DNA from: a virus
Lineage: Duplodnaviria; Heunggongvirae; Uroviricota; Caudoviricetes
Virus record (IMG/VR): IMGVR_UViG_3300027734_000050
Location: 1 to 64,000 of that record
Length of the DNA: 64,000 nt
Strand: one strand, 5' to 3'
In this document: piece by piece, positions 8,957-16,571 of the stretch
Position numbering within the stretch: the stretch's first letter is position 1
Layout of the letters: each line of letters begins with the position of its first letter
Position numbers and translations under genes: made by a program
Notes under the pieces: model-generated
What the model was told of the DNA's origin: nothing
Databases searched by the model: none
What the model saw: only the letters and a program-made list of their open reading frames with translations

Positions 8957-9733
8957 ATGCCTGTATTCTTAGACTCAGTGATAGAGTTCTACATCACCAA
9001 TCAATGCAACCTGGCCTGCACCAACTGCAATAGGTTCAATGACCATGACTTTCGTGGACATTACTCATGGGAAGACTCAGCAGAGGCTGTTGAAGCATGG
9101 AGTAAACGCATCGATGCACCCATGCTCACCATCATTGGTGGAGAACCTAGCCTACATCCTGGATTGGAAACCTGGGTCTCAAATCTTCGTAGATTATGGC
9201 CCGACACTGAGATCATGATACAAAGCAACGGAACCAATCCAAAATTGGCTCGTGAACTTGATTTATGGACAAGATACCGCACAGGATGGGGTATAAGTGT
9301 ACACCAACCACAGATGAGGCACACATTGGAAAAACAATGGGATCAGATCACCCGAGGGTTTTTTGACAACATTGAATTCACTCCGGCTGCTGTGATTCCG
9401 CAAGGTGACGGGTTCACTGTACATCATAGTAATCCTGTAACAGCATTCAAGGCATGTACCATGCGGCACAGCCATACCATATTCCAAGGACGCTTGTATA
9501 AGTGTCCAGTGATGGCTGTATTGCCCGAGTTCCGCACTCAACATTCAGTTGAGATGGACTCAAGACAACAACAGTTGTTATCGCAGTATCAGCCTTTGAG
9601 TGCGGATTGTTTGGAACAACAGTTGATAGACTTTGTTGATACAAGACATCAACCGATCGATCAATGTGAATTTTGCCCTGGCGAATTTGATTTCCAGCCA
9701 GTGGTATTCCATAAAAGAAAAAAACTGCTCTGA
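8957..9733 (+). CDS. radical SAM protein (QueE/NrdG-like small rSAM)
   Basis: CNLACTNC is a CxxxCxxC motif at residues 17-24. IIGGEP motif also present. Confidence 0.65.
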   Translation: MPVFLDSVIEFYITNQCNLACTNCNRFNDHDFRGHYSWEDSAEAVEAWSKRIDAPMLTIIGGEPSLHPGLETWVSNLRRLWPDTEIMIQSNGTNPKLARELDLWTRYRTGWGISVHQPQMRHTLEKQWDQITRGFFDNIEFTPAAVIPQGDGFTVHHSNPVTAFKACTMRHSHTIFQGRLYKCPVMAVLPEFRTQHSVEMDSRQQQLLSQYQPLSADCLEQQLIDFVDTRHQPIDQCEFCPGEFDFQPVVFHKRKKLL

Positions 9734-9803
9734 TGGCGCAATTGGTAGACGCACTATCTTGAGGTGGTAGAAAGTGTGAGTTCGACTCTCACTCAGAGCA
9801 CCA
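9726..9803 (+). tRNA. tRNA, anticodon GAG (Leu-type anticodon but class I shape with a short variable loop)
   Basis: Acceptor GCTCTGA/TCAGAGC, discriminator A with CCA, T-loop GAGTTCGACTCTC and anticodon loop TTGAGGT. Confidence 0.6.
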
Positions 9804-9814
9804 AGAAATTATCG

Positions 9815-9893
9815 GCCCCGGTGGACAAATCTGGCAAAGTCGCTTCTCTCAAAAGGAAGAGTTCTGCGAGTTCAACTCTCGCCCGGGGTACCA
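9815..9893 (+). tRNA. tRNA, anticodon CAA (Leu-type anticodon, 3-bp D-stem, short variable loop)
   Basis: Acceptor GCCCCGG/CCGGGGT with ACCA end. T-arm GCGAGTTCAACTCTCGC. Anticodon stem CTTCT/GGAAG with loop CTCAAAA. Confidence 0.55.
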
Positions 9894-9900
9894 AATTATT

Positions 9901-9976
9901 GCAACTTTAGCTGATGTGGTCATAGCGCCGGTCTGAAGAGCCGGTGAACCAGGTTCGATCCCTGGAGGTTGCACCA
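9901..9976 (+). tRNA. tRNA-Phe (GAA)
   Basis: Acceptor GCAACTT/AGGTTGC. Anticodon loop CTGAAGA. T-loop GGTTCGATCC. CCA end. Confidence 0.75.
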
Positions 9977-9986
9977 TAAAACATGT

Positions 9987-10062
9987 TGGGGTGTCGCCTA
10001 GAGGCCTAAGGCACTGGTCTTTGAAATCAGTATCATGAGTTCGAATCTCATCTCCCCTGCCA
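9987..10062 (+). tRNA. tRNA-Gln (TTG)
   Basis: Gln-like TGGGGTG start. Anticodon stem CTGGT/ATCAG with loop CTTTGAA. T-arm ATGAGTTCGAATCTCAT. Ends GCCA. Two acceptor-stem mismatches. Confidence 0.55.
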
Positions 10063-10107
10063 TCTAACAAAGACCCGTCAACATGGCGGGTTATTAAAAA
10101 AGCAGTT

Positions 10108-10136
10108 GACCAGTATCGTGGTTGATGCTACAATAG
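10108..10136 (+). promoter_or_regulatory. sigma70-type promoter TTGACC-17-TACAAT
   Basis: ttgaccagtatcgtggttgatgctacaat lies upstream of tRNA-Glu. Confidence 0.5.
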
Positions 10137-10207
10137 AGACTAGTTAGAAAGAAGCACGGTGCATCGACGCTGTGCTGCAAGTTCGTTAAAAATTTCAGCA
10201 AGTATTT

Positions 10208-10282
10208 GCTCGGTTCGTCTATCGGTTAGGACGCTGCCCTTTCAAGGCGGAAAGACGAGTTCGATTCTCGTACCGAGTACCA
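10208..10282 (+). tRNA. tRNA-Glu (TTC)
   Basis: Acceptor GCTCGGT/ACCGAGT. Glu-like D-arm TCTATCGGTTAGGAC. Anticodon stem CTGCC/GGCGG with loop CTTTCAA. T-arm ACGAGTTCGATTCTCGT. CCA end. Confidence 0.8.
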
Positions 10283-10357
10283 TATTGAAGCACATTAAAA
10301 CACGCCCCTAGTAGCAGTAGCGAATCAAGGGTGGAAGGTTGAGTGTGCTTCAATATG
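10281..10357. repeat. 14-bp inverted repeat (catattgaagcaca / tgtgcttcaatatg) anchored on the CCA of tRNA-Glu, with a 49-nt loop
   Basis: Arms at 10281-10294 and 10344-10357. It joins the tRNA-Glu 3' end to the 5' end of the next tRNA-like element. Confidence 0.6.
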
Positions 10358-10422
10358 GTGATAGCTTAGTGGGAGAGTGCAGTCGTTGGCTGTGGGCACA
10401 GGTTCAAATCCTGTTCACTATT
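10355..10422 (+). pseudogene. degenerate tRNA-like element (acceptor and T-arm intact, no valid anticodon arm, no CCA)
   Basis: Acceptor ATGGTGA/TCACTAT. D-arm TAGCTTAGTGGGAGAGT. T-arm ACAGGTTCAAATCCTGT. Only 19 nt lie between the D-arm and T-arm, and these form a competing hairpin CTGTG/CACAG. Confidence 0.3.
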
Positions 10423-10434
10423 TCGTATTTTGCA

Positions 10435-10800
10435 AAAAGAAAACACTGTCATCTAGGACTTGTCGGGTGAATAAAACAGTTGGGTAAAAGTCCTTACGGC
10501 GAGTCGCTATATAAGAACACATTTCAGCGGGATAGACCGTGTTGGATAGTTTCTGTTTGGTACAGTATCCGAAGTGTGTTCCTATTTAGTAAAGAATCAA
10601 GTGGAAAGCAAGAGCCACAAAGTAAGCATCGCCGGGTCAGGAAATGTGTCCGGGACGTGTAGGCCGCGCAACCTATACAAACAACGATGGGGTAAGAGCC
10701 CTCATAACATTTTCGCCAAATTTAGGTCTCAAAGTGTTCATGGACGCACACAAGCCTGTCACGCTTGAAGAAGGGGATCGTTACCCCTTGGGACCGCCAA
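10435..10800 (+). other. ~365-nt non-coding spacer inside the tRNA array (possible ncRNA)
   Basis: Only short overlapping ORFs of 60-64 aa without RBS. Flanked by tRNA-like elements. Confidence 0.25.
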
Positions 10801-10806
10801 GTTTTT

Positions 10807-10944
10807 GCGCTGGATTGATATTGCGGTTGGAGTTGATCGCCCAATGGCAGACAGGTTTAATTCCTGTTAGGTGCACCAAGTTATGCAGTGATTGGAGAAG
10901 GCAGATGCCCCGTGCATCGCATACTAGTTGCCACAGAGGTTCGA
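10807..10944 (+). pseudogene. two degenerate tRNA-like elements, each ending ...GCACCAAGTT
   Basis: The elements at 10807-10878 and 10881-10944 each have a canonical T-arm (ACAGGTTTAATTCCTGT and AGAGGTTCGATTCCTTT) and a GCACCA 3' end. No convincing anticodon arm was found. Confidence 0.3.
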
Positions 10945-10969
10945 TTCCTTTGGCTGCACCAAGTTTTAT

Positions 10970-11048
10970 CTGTGTGTGAGAAAGTCCGGTCTAATCTACT
11001 CGCCTTGGAAGTGAGAAATCGTAGGTTCAAATCCTACCGCACAGACCA
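10970..11048 (+). tRNA. tRNA-like, anticodon TGG (Pro), non-canonical D-arm; possibly a pseudogene
   Basis: Acceptor CTGTGTG/CGCACAG. Anticodon stem CTCGC/GTGAG with loop CTTGGAA. T-arm GTAGGTTCAAATCCTAC. ACCA end. The 20-nt D region does not fold into a D-stem. Confidence 0.4.
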
Positions 11049-11259
11049 ATTTTTGAGAGTGTCAGCAAGAGAAAGTCACGCTGAAAAGCTTCTTCGAAGA
11101 GCTTGACAGTGTAACGCAACGGGGGGCGCGAATCCCCAGCAGCAATATAAGTGGACGTTGTGACAAGTATCCCAAGTGGCGTACCGAGACCTTGCCGGCC
11201 TTGTATAATAAGGTGAATGGTTCCGATAATATGGGCGGAACTACTCTCAAATTCAATCT

Positions 11260-11346
11260 GGAGACGTGTGCCGAGTGGCGAAGGCAGCTGACTGTAAATC
11301 AGTGACATAAGAAACACCGTAGGTTCGATCCCTACCGGCTCCACCA
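11260..11346 (+). tRNA. tRNA-Tyr (GTA), type II with long variable arm
   Basis: Acceptor GGAGACG/CGGCTCC. Anticodon stem GCTGA/TCAGT with loop CTGTAAA. Variable arm GACATAAGAAACACC. T-arm GTAGGTTCGATCCCTAC. CCA end. Confidence 0.75.
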
Positions 11347-11352
11347 TATTTC

Positions 11353-11427
11353 GGGGGATTAGTGATAATGGTAGCACATGTGCTTTGCAAGCATGAAGCA
11401 GGAGTTCGATTCTCCTATCCTCCACCA
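11353..11427 (+). tRNA. tRNA-Ala (TGC)
   Basis: Acceptor GGGGGAT/ATCCTCC has a G3:U70 pair. Anticodon loop TTTGCAA. T-arm AGGAGTTCGATTCTCCT. ACCA end. Confidence 0.75.
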
Positions 11428-12162
11428 TTACCGAAATGCACGTTGTCTGAATGCTTCACTGAATACGCCATCCACTCTCAACGAGTAGCAGGCTTGCGGT
11501 GCAGGATCTGACCCGTGATGATTATTGGTGTTGAACCAATTACAATTTCCTGATGAATAGATTTTTTGATCAGTTTCAACATCTAATAGATAAAATTTCT
11601 TCCGATCAGGAGCAAAGTCAATCCAGATGAATTCATCCGAAGCGGGGCGGCTATCATCTGCATAGTCGGTATGTATTGGACTATACCCGCCGGGATAGTT
11701 AATGAATAAAGTCGTGCGACCGTAGTCGCTAAAAATCTCTTGGCGATCAAGCCACTCATAGAAGAAGGCAAGTTGTATATCTTCTGGTAGCGCCACGCAT
11801 TCAGTGGCATGATGCTTGGTAGCGTAGTCTAATGCGTATCGACTGGTTATGGTAAATGTACATGCAGTAACATCTTTTTCAAATACAATGTAATTGGCAA
11901 ATTGATCGCATCTGATTAGATCAGCAACAACTTCTCGTAGGCTAGAGTCAGCGACCATGTCAGGGTTGTCTTCAAACTCATCTTGATAATCATGGGTGCC
12001 AAGACTACCATCTTTAAAAAGCGAACCGTAGAATTTGGTTGGCTTGAGCAGGTGATGATTTTTGGCAATAAATGCCGAGACATAAGGTTTGATTGCAAGG
12101 AGGCCGTTGAGGTCTATTAGATGGTCAAAATTTAAAAACGGTTGATTGTGTGCTAAGAACAT
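11428..12162 (-). CDS. cupin / 2OG-Fe(II)-oxygenase-like protein (aspartyl beta-hydroxylase-like)
   Basis: HTDYADD ... NWFNTNNHHG gives a possible His-x-Asp...His facial triad. It is the only minus-strand gene in the first half of the window. Confidence 0.35.
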   Translation of the reverse strand: MFLAHNQPFLNFDHLIDLNGLLAIKPYVSAFIAKNHHLLKPTKFYGSLFKDGSLGTHDYQDEFEDNPDMVADSSLREVVADLIRCDQFANYIVFEKDVTACTFTITSRYALDYATKHHATECVALPEDIQLAFFYEWLDRQEIFSDYGRTTLFINYPGGYSPIHTDYADDSRPASDEFIWIDFAPDRKKFYLLDVETDQKIYSSGNCNWFNTNNHHGSDPAPQACYSLRVDGVFSEAFRQRAFR

Positions 12163-12213
12163 AAAATATTTATTGCATGGTACTTTTTACTAAGTATTTT
12201 TAAGAGTTTATAT

Positions 12214-12292
12214 TCCGAGAAACCCGAGCTAGGTGCATGGGCGTGACTGTTAATCACTGGTTAGGTGGGTTCGAACCCCACACTCGGAGCCA
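12214..12292 (+). tRNA. tRNA-like, anticodon GTT (Asn), atypical D-arm
   Basis: Acceptor TCCGAGA/ACTCGGA with GCCA end. Anticodon stem GTGA/TCAC with loop CTGTTAA. T-arm GTGGGTTCGAACCCCAC. Confidence 0.5.
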
Positions 12293-12299
12293 AATTTTA

Positions 12300-12373
12300 G
12301 CCCTACTAGTACAATGGCAGTACACTGGTTTTGTAATCCTGTGATGGCAGTTCGATTCTGTCGTGGGGCACCA
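12300..12373 (+). tRNA. tRNA-Thr (TGT), weak anticodon stem
   Basis: Acceptor GCCCTAC/GTGGGGC. D-arm GTACAATGGCAGTAC. Anticodon loop TTTGTAA. T-arm GGCAGTTCGATTCTGTC. ACCA end. Confidence 0.6.
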
Positions 12374-12378
12374 CATAT

Positions 12379-13035
12379 ATGAAAAAAGCCGTGATCCTAG
12401 GCTGTAGCCATTCAGTTGGAGCAGAGATGCATCAAGAACCAGGATTGGTTTTTGACAGCTTCAATCAAGCCAACGACTATGAACAGACTCATTCTTATCC
12501 TGCTCAGATTGCACAGGTATTAGGATATGATCCAATCAATCTCAGCATATCAGGCGGCAGCAATGACGCCATGTTCAGACGGTTCACAGAACAAACTTTA
12601 ACACCCAACGACATAGTGATTGCTTGTTGGACAGGTGTGAATAGAAGTGAAATCTATGATAGCCAATGGATTGCAATGGCTCCGGGCGCAGTGCCAGATC
12701 AAGTCAATGCAGACTACTTTAAACAGTGGTTGTTGTATTCTGCCAACACTGAAGTAGGTATGTTGAATAAAACAAAAAACATCCTTGCACTCAATGCTCT
12801 GGCTCATGCACAAGGCATCCAAGTGATCAACATAGACAGTTTTTGGCCAGTGCCAGATGTTGCCTGGCCCAACTCAGTAGAGTGGGCTGTGAACATAGAT
12901 TTTATGGCATGGTGCCAACAACACAACTTTCCCCACACAGAGAAAGTTCATTTTTTCAAACCAGCACATGACTCGTTTGCCCAGCATGTGCTACAGAATA
13001 TTGCGGGTAGGGTGGCCACCACACCGGTCTCATAA
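12379..13035 (+). CDS. SGNH/GDSL-like hydrolase
   Basis: The N-terminal VILGCSHSVG is a GDS(L) block with a Ser nucleophile. ISGGSND is a block II-like motif. Confidence 0.45.
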   Translation: MKKAVILGCSHSVGAEMHQEPGLVFDSFNQANDYEQTHSYPAQIAQVLGYDPINLSISGGSNDAMFRRFTEQTLTPNDIVIACWTGVNRSEIYDSQWIAMAPGAVPDQVNADYFKQWLLYSANTEVGMLNKTKNILALNALAHAQGIQVINIDSFWPVPDVAWPNSVEWAVNIDFMAWCQQHNFPHTEKVHFFKPAHDSFAQHVLQNIAGRVATTPVS

Positions 13036-13075
13036 GCCAGGTGCATCGGCAGTTCGAATCTGTCACCCGCATCCA
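13002..13075 (+). tRNA. tRNA-like, anticodon CAT (Met/Ile2), small D-arm; overlaps the 3' end of the preceding CDS
   Basis: Acceptor TGCGGGT/ACCCGCA. Anticodon loop CTCATAA. T-arm GGCAGTTCGAATCTGTC. TCCA end. Confidence 0.4.
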
Positions 13076-13195
13076 AGTCAAGTCCATGCGTCACTCAAAC
13101 TGAATGAGTGTTTACCCGTCAGGGAGTCTCTGGACAGTTTTTCAAGTCCATACAGCCTCGATCTGATGGGGCCTCGTCACTGGACTGATTTCTTT

Positions 13196-13272
13196 ACCGC
13201 CTTGGCTCAACTGGATAGAGCACTGGATTACGAATCCGGGGGTTGGGAGTTCGAATCTCTCAGGTGGTACCA
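13196..13272 (+). tRNA. tRNA-Arg (ACG)
   Basis: Acceptor ACCGCCT/AGGTGGT. D-arm GCTCAACTGGATAGAGC. Anticodon stem CTGGA/TCCGG with loop TTACGAA. T-arm GGGAGTTCGAATCTCTC. ACCA end. Confidence 0.8.
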
Positions 13273-13277
13273 TTCAT

Positions 13278-13351
13278 GGCCCTTTAGTTAAAAGGTATAA
13301 CAGACGCTTGATAAGCGTCAGTCGGAGGATCGTTACCTCCCGGGGCTACCA
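13278..13351 (+). tRNA. tRNA-Ile (GAT) with non-canonical T-loop ATCGTTA
   Basis: Acceptor GGCCCTT/CGGGGCT. D-stem GTTA/TAAC. Anticodon stem GACGC/GCGTC with loop TTGATAA. T-stem GGAGG/CCTCC. ACCA end. Confidence 0.55.
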
Positions 13352-13356
13352 AACAG

Positions 13357-13385
13357 TTGACAACATTGTCAAAATGTTGTATAAT
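13357..13385 (+). promoter_or_regulatory. perfect-consensus sigma70 promoter TTGACA-17-TATAAT
   Basis: ttgacaacattgtcaaaatgttgtataat. Confidence 0.55.
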
Positions 13386-13490
13386 AGATTTTTTACACAG
13401 GAGCACAGCATGAAACATGCTAAACCATAGTGTCAATCCAGATCCCATGTAGGTCCGGGTTGGCACGTGAAAGACAATTTTACATACCAA

Positions 13491-13565
13491 CCCTCTAAGA
13501 TGTTAAGGCAGCATGCCGGACTCTTAATCCGTGACGTCCGAGTTCAAATCTCGGTGGAGGGACCA
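13491..13565 (+). tRNA. tRNA-Lys (CTT)
   Basis: Acceptor CCCTCTA/TGGAGGG. Anticodon loop CTCTTAA. T-arm CCGAGTTCAAATCTCGG. ACCA end. Confidence 0.65.
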
Positions 13566-13569
13566 ATAT

Positions 13570-13645
13570 GGGGCTATAGTTAAGCGGTTATAACATCACC
13601 CTTTTAAGGTGTAAGACCTCGGTTCGAATCCGAGTGGCCCTACCA
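13570..13645 (+). tRNA. tRNA-Lys (TTT)
   Basis: Acceptor GGGGCTA/TGGCCCT. D-stem GTTA/TAAC. Anticodon loop CTTTTAA. T-arm CTCGGTTCGAATCCGAG. ACCA end. Confidence 0.7.
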
Positions 13646-13796
13646 TTTAGTGAAACACTTTGCCCAAGCGAGAAACACATCTGTGGAGTCGCTCTCTGCA
13701 CGAGGATGTGAAAAGTCGGAATTATCCTTGCCCCCGCTCTTGGGGATGCGAATTAGGAAAAGGCAAAGGGAAGAGACAGAGTGTTTCACTAAATGG
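13643..13796. repeat. 17-bp inverted repeat (ccatttagtgaaacact / agtgtttcactaaatgg) anchored on the CCA of tRNA-Lys, with a ~120-nt GC-rich loop
   Basis: Arms at 13643-13659 and 13780-13796. A third copy of agtgaaaca lies at 13913. Confidence 0.6.
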
Positions 13797-14016
13797 TAAA
13801 ATTGAAGTTGACCTAGATCTATCCTGTGATGGATATGAGCAAGCGTGAAATATACGACATGTTGCCGGTGAGTCTGCGAGACTTGTTCTGGTCATGCCGA
13901 GTGCCTCAATATAGTGAAACAACAATCTCATCATGTGGAAGATGTAATACTTGCGTGACCTTGAAAGAACAAGGCATTCGCAAATAGAAAGCAAGGCATA
14001 ATTCGTACTATATAGT

Positions 14017-15549
14017 ATGATGTATGACGCTATTATTTTTACAGATTGTTGGGATATGATCGGCAATATCCCGGCGATTGGTGCATACAAATGTGCCCAT
14101 TCTCTAAGAAAAAATGGATACACTTGCTTGGTAGTAAATCATGTTGGAGAGTTTGAGTTTGAGGAACTGGTTGATCTATTGGACCAGGCCATTGGAAATA
14201 ATACTCGTCTGATTGGGTTTAGCACTACTTTCATATCCAACAAACTTGAATTAGAATCCAGCCTCTTCCCAGATGGGTTCTCCAGCCGTAATGAAATTTT
14301 GTTACCTCAAGGTGTAGAATTTGAGAGAAAAATAATAAAGTACATCCGAGATAAAAACAATCTTGTTAAAACTGTAGTGGGTGGCACAAAAGCCACGGTG
14401 AATTATTCAAATCGAGACATAGATTATGTATGTATCGGATACAGCGAAGTTAGTATTGTAAATCTCATGGATCACTTGATTAAAGAGATTGATCTTCAGA
14501 ACAGTCATCGAAACATTTTTGGTCGTGTTATCTTAGATGATAGATATGCACCATCATACGAATTCTCCAAGGAAGATATGATATGGATTGACACTGATGT
14601 GGTGAACCATAAATGTTTGCCTATCGAGATCGGTCGTGGATGTATTTTTCAATGCAAATTTTGTTCCTATCCATTGATCGGGAAGAAGAATCTAGACTAT
14701 GTAAAATCCTACGATTGTTTACAACATGAATTACAAAGAAACTATGAGCAGTTTGGTGTAAAAAATTATCTCATCATGGACGACACGTTTAATGACAATG
14801 TTGAAAAACTAAACCGCATTGAGTCTGTAGTGTCAAAATTAGATTTCCAACCGGAATTTTGGGCATACATCAGACTAGATCTACTTTGCACCAGACCCGA
14901 AACTTTGGATATGTTGTATCGCATTGGTGTTAGATCCATGACGTTTGGTATAGAAACGATGAATCCCAGTGCTGCCAAAAGCATCGGCAAAGGGTTTGAT
15001 CGAAATAAACTCGTTGCCAAACTAGATGAAATTGCGGAAAAATATCCCGACATGTACACAGGAAGTGGCTTTATAGTGGGACTTCCTGGCGAGACACCAG
15101 ATGATTTAAGAAAAACTTCTGATCGATTGATTTCTAGAGAAATTAAGTTACATAATTGGCAATGGGCACCATTGTTTATTGAACGTACAGGAACAGTGAC
15201 TTATACCAGTGAATTCGGACGTGACTTTGAAAAATATGGTTATGTGGATCAGACTCCATTGGATTCGTCTCGGATTGTCAACTGGAAATCTAATGTCATG
15301 ACTCGTGATGAATCTACAGAATTAGCAAATGAACTTAACTCCGTAGCCCAAGATCATGCAGGATTATATCCAGGTAGCATGACAGAAATTAGCACATATG
15401 GAAAATTTCAATGGAAAGATATCATGAAAAACTATCGAAAATTTTCTAAGTTGAATGTCCATAACAACCTACTCGTAGAACATCTTAGACCGAAGTTTAT
15501 GCAAGAATACAAGAAAAAGTTGTTTGATCTGGTTGCAGAGAAATCTTAA
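14017..15549 (+). CDS. B12-binding-domain radical SAM protein (class B rSAM-like)
   Basis: The N-terminal part is a Rossmann-like B12-binding region. GRGCIFQCKFCS is a CxxxCxxC motif at about residue 208. 510 aa. Confidence 0.6.
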   Translation: MMYDAIIFTDCWDMIGNIPAIGAYKCAHSLRKNGYTCLVVNHVGEFEFEELVDLLDQAIGNNTRLIGFSTTFISNKLELESSLFPDGFSSRNEILLPQGVEFERKIIKYIRDKNNLVKTVVGGTKATVNYSNRDIDYVCIGYSEVSIVNLMDHLIKEIDLQNSHRNIFGRVILDDRYAPSYEFSKEDMIWIDTDVVNHKCLPIEIGRGCIFQCKFCSYPLIGKKNLDYVKSYDCLQHELQRNYEQFGVKNYLIMDDTFNDNVEKLNRIESVVSKLDFQPEFWAYIRLDLLCTRPETLDMLYRIGVRSMTFGIETMNPSAAKSIGKGFDRNKLVAKLDEIAEKYPDMYTGSGFIVGLPGETPDDLRKTSDRLISREIKLHNWQWAPLFIERTGTVTYTSEFGRDFEKYGYVDQTPLDSSRIVNWKSNVMTRDESTELANELNSVAQDHAGLYPGSMTEISTYGKFQWKDIMKNYRKFSKLNVHNNLLVEHLRPKFMQEYKKKLFDLVAEKS

Positions 15550-15569
15550 AAGTGTTATAATAGTTCTAT

Positions 15570-15645
15570 GGTGTCATTAGTGTAGTGGCCTGCACCCTGC
15601 TCTGTGAAAGCGGTAGTACCGGATCGATACCGGTATGGCACCCCA
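15570..15645 (+). tRNA. tRNA-His (GTG) with encoded G-1
   Basis: Extra 5' G precedes the acceptor GTGTCAT/ATGGCAC. Discriminator is C. Anticodon stem CTGCT/AGCGG with loop CTGTGAA. T-arm ACCGGATCGATACCGGT. CCA end. Confidence 0.8.
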
Positions 15646-15652
15646 AATTTTC

Positions 15653-15727
15653 AGTTGTGTGACGTAGATGGATGCGTACCGCCCTCATAAGGCGAGGAGG
15701 TTGGATCGATACCAACCACAACTACCA
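15653..15727 (+). tRNA. tRNA-Met/Ile2 (CAT)
   Basis: Perfect acceptor AGTTGTG/CACAACT. Anticodon loop CTCATAA. T-arm GTTGGATCGATACCAAC. ACCA end. Confidence 0.8.
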
Positions 15728-15730
15728 CAT

Positions 15731-15813
15731 GCCCTGGTGACTTATGCAAATTGGCACAGCTACTGGTCTTAGAAGCCAGGTTTTTGCGGGTTCGAGTCCC
15801 GCCTAGGGCACCA
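15731..15813 (+). tRNA. tRNA, 83 nt, anticodon TAG (Leu) with oversized D region; atypical
   Basis: Acceptor GCCCTGG/CTAGGGC. Anticodon stem CTGGT/GCCAG with loop CTTAGAA. T-arm GCGGGTTCGAGTCCCGC. ACCA end. Confidence 0.5.
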
Positions 15814-15870
15814 AGATGACTCGCCTTGATTGATGGCGTATAATAGGAAAAGTAGTCAATCACAAATCTC

Positions 15871-15945
15871 GGGGGATTGGTATAGTTGGTAACATACCGC
15901 CATGGCATGGCGGAGTCAGCGGCTCGAATCCGCTATCCTCCACCA
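15871..15945 (+). tRNA. tRNA-Ala (GGC)
   Basis: Acceptor GGGGGAT/ATCCTCC, identical to the other Ala tRNA including G3:U70. Anticodon stem CCGCC/GGCGG with loop ATGGCAT. T-arm AGCGGCTCGAATCCGCT. ACCA end. Confidence 0.75.
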
Positions 15946-15952
15946 ACAACAT

Positions 15953-16042
15953 AGAGGATGCAGTAGGATGGTTCCTACACCTGTTTGGAAAACAGGCGAC
16001 TGGCGTGAGCTGGTCGGGGTTCAATTCCTCCTTCCTCTGCCA
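15953..16042 (+). tRNA. tRNA-Ser (GGA), type II
   Basis: Acceptor AGAGGAT/TTCCTCT. Discriminator G. Anticodon stem CCTGT/ACAGG with loop TTGGAAA. Long variable arm. T-loop GGGGTTCAATTCC. CCA end. Confidence 0.7.
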
Positions 16043-16064
16043 CAACAATAGAAAGGAACAAGTC

Positions 16065-16493
16065 ATGAATGAATTTGATGTATTAGTGGGCAAGCGTATA
16101 AATGGCTTGTTTATAGCCAACGACAAGTGGACACTGGTATTCCGTGATGTGTCCGGGCGCCGTTATCGTTTTGACACCGAAAATGATTGCTGCAACTCTG
16201 TGTGGTTTAACCATGTGACAGGTGCAAACATCCTGGGTGAAGGCAATACCTTCGATCTGCTACGCGGTGCAGAAGTGTTATCAGTAGAAGCCAAGGGCTG
16301 GGATGAAAACCGCAGCGACGAAGATGGATACGAAGTGGTTCAAGATGCGTTCTGGACCATACGCACCAACCGTGGCTACATAGACCTTGAAGTGCGTAAC
16401 AGCCACAATGGTTACTATGGTGGCAGCGTGAGCTATAGCGGCACCAATGTGGGTGAGTTGGCCGACATGGTACAGATCACCGAAGACTTCTAA
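16065..16493 (+). CDS. hypothetical protein (~142 aa)
   Basis: Start at MNEFDV after the RBS AAAGGAACAAG. The upstream part of the 16005 ORF overlaps tRNA-Ser and was trimmed. Confidence 0.5.
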   Translation: MNEFDVLVGKRINGLFIANDKWTLVFRDVSGRRYRFDTENDCCNSVWFNHVTGANILGEGNTFDLLRGAEVLSVEAKGWDENRSDEDGYEVVQDAFWTIRTNRGYIDLEVRNSHNGYYGGSVSYSGTNVGELADMVQITEDF

Positions 16494-16570
16494 CTCTGTA
16501 TGGCGCAGCCCGGTAGCGCACTTGCATGGGGTGCAAGGGGTCGCAAGTTCGAATCTTGCTACAGAGACCA
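16494..16570 (+). tRNA. tRNA-Pro (GGG)
   Basis: Perfect acceptor CTCTGTA/TACAGAG. Anticodon stem CTTGC/GCAAG with loop ATGGGGT. T-arm GCAAGTTCGAATCTTGC. ACCA end. Confidence 0.75.
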
Positions 16571-16571
16571 C

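Noticed and set aside
9849-10070. ORF 9849-10070 (-, 73 aa)
   Set aside because: Antisense to three well-formed tRNAs (CAA, Phe, Gln). Spurious.
10435-10800. RNase P RNA in the 365-nt spacer
   Set aside because: A GGTAAGAGC-like segment and an AAAGTCC segment are present. However, the P4 consensus (AGGAAAGUCCGGGCUCC ... ACAGAANCCGGCUUA) is not matched, and the length is too short.
10480-10979. ORFs 10480-10662, 10574-10768 and 10644-10979 (60-111 aa) on the plus strand
   Set aside because: They overlap each other and the tRNA-like elements, lack RBSs, and have poor composition. The region is more likely non-coding RNA or pseudo-tRNA.
11103-11260. Additional tRNA suggested by gggggcgcgaatcccc
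   Set aside because: The stem-loop lacks the TTCRA T-loop consensus, and no acceptor pairing was found. More likely a promoter-proximal hairpin.
13284-13490. Minus-strand ORF 13284-13490 (68 aa)
   Set aside because: It overlaps tRNA-Ile(GAT) and the TTGACA-17-TATAAT promoter at 13357. No RBS.
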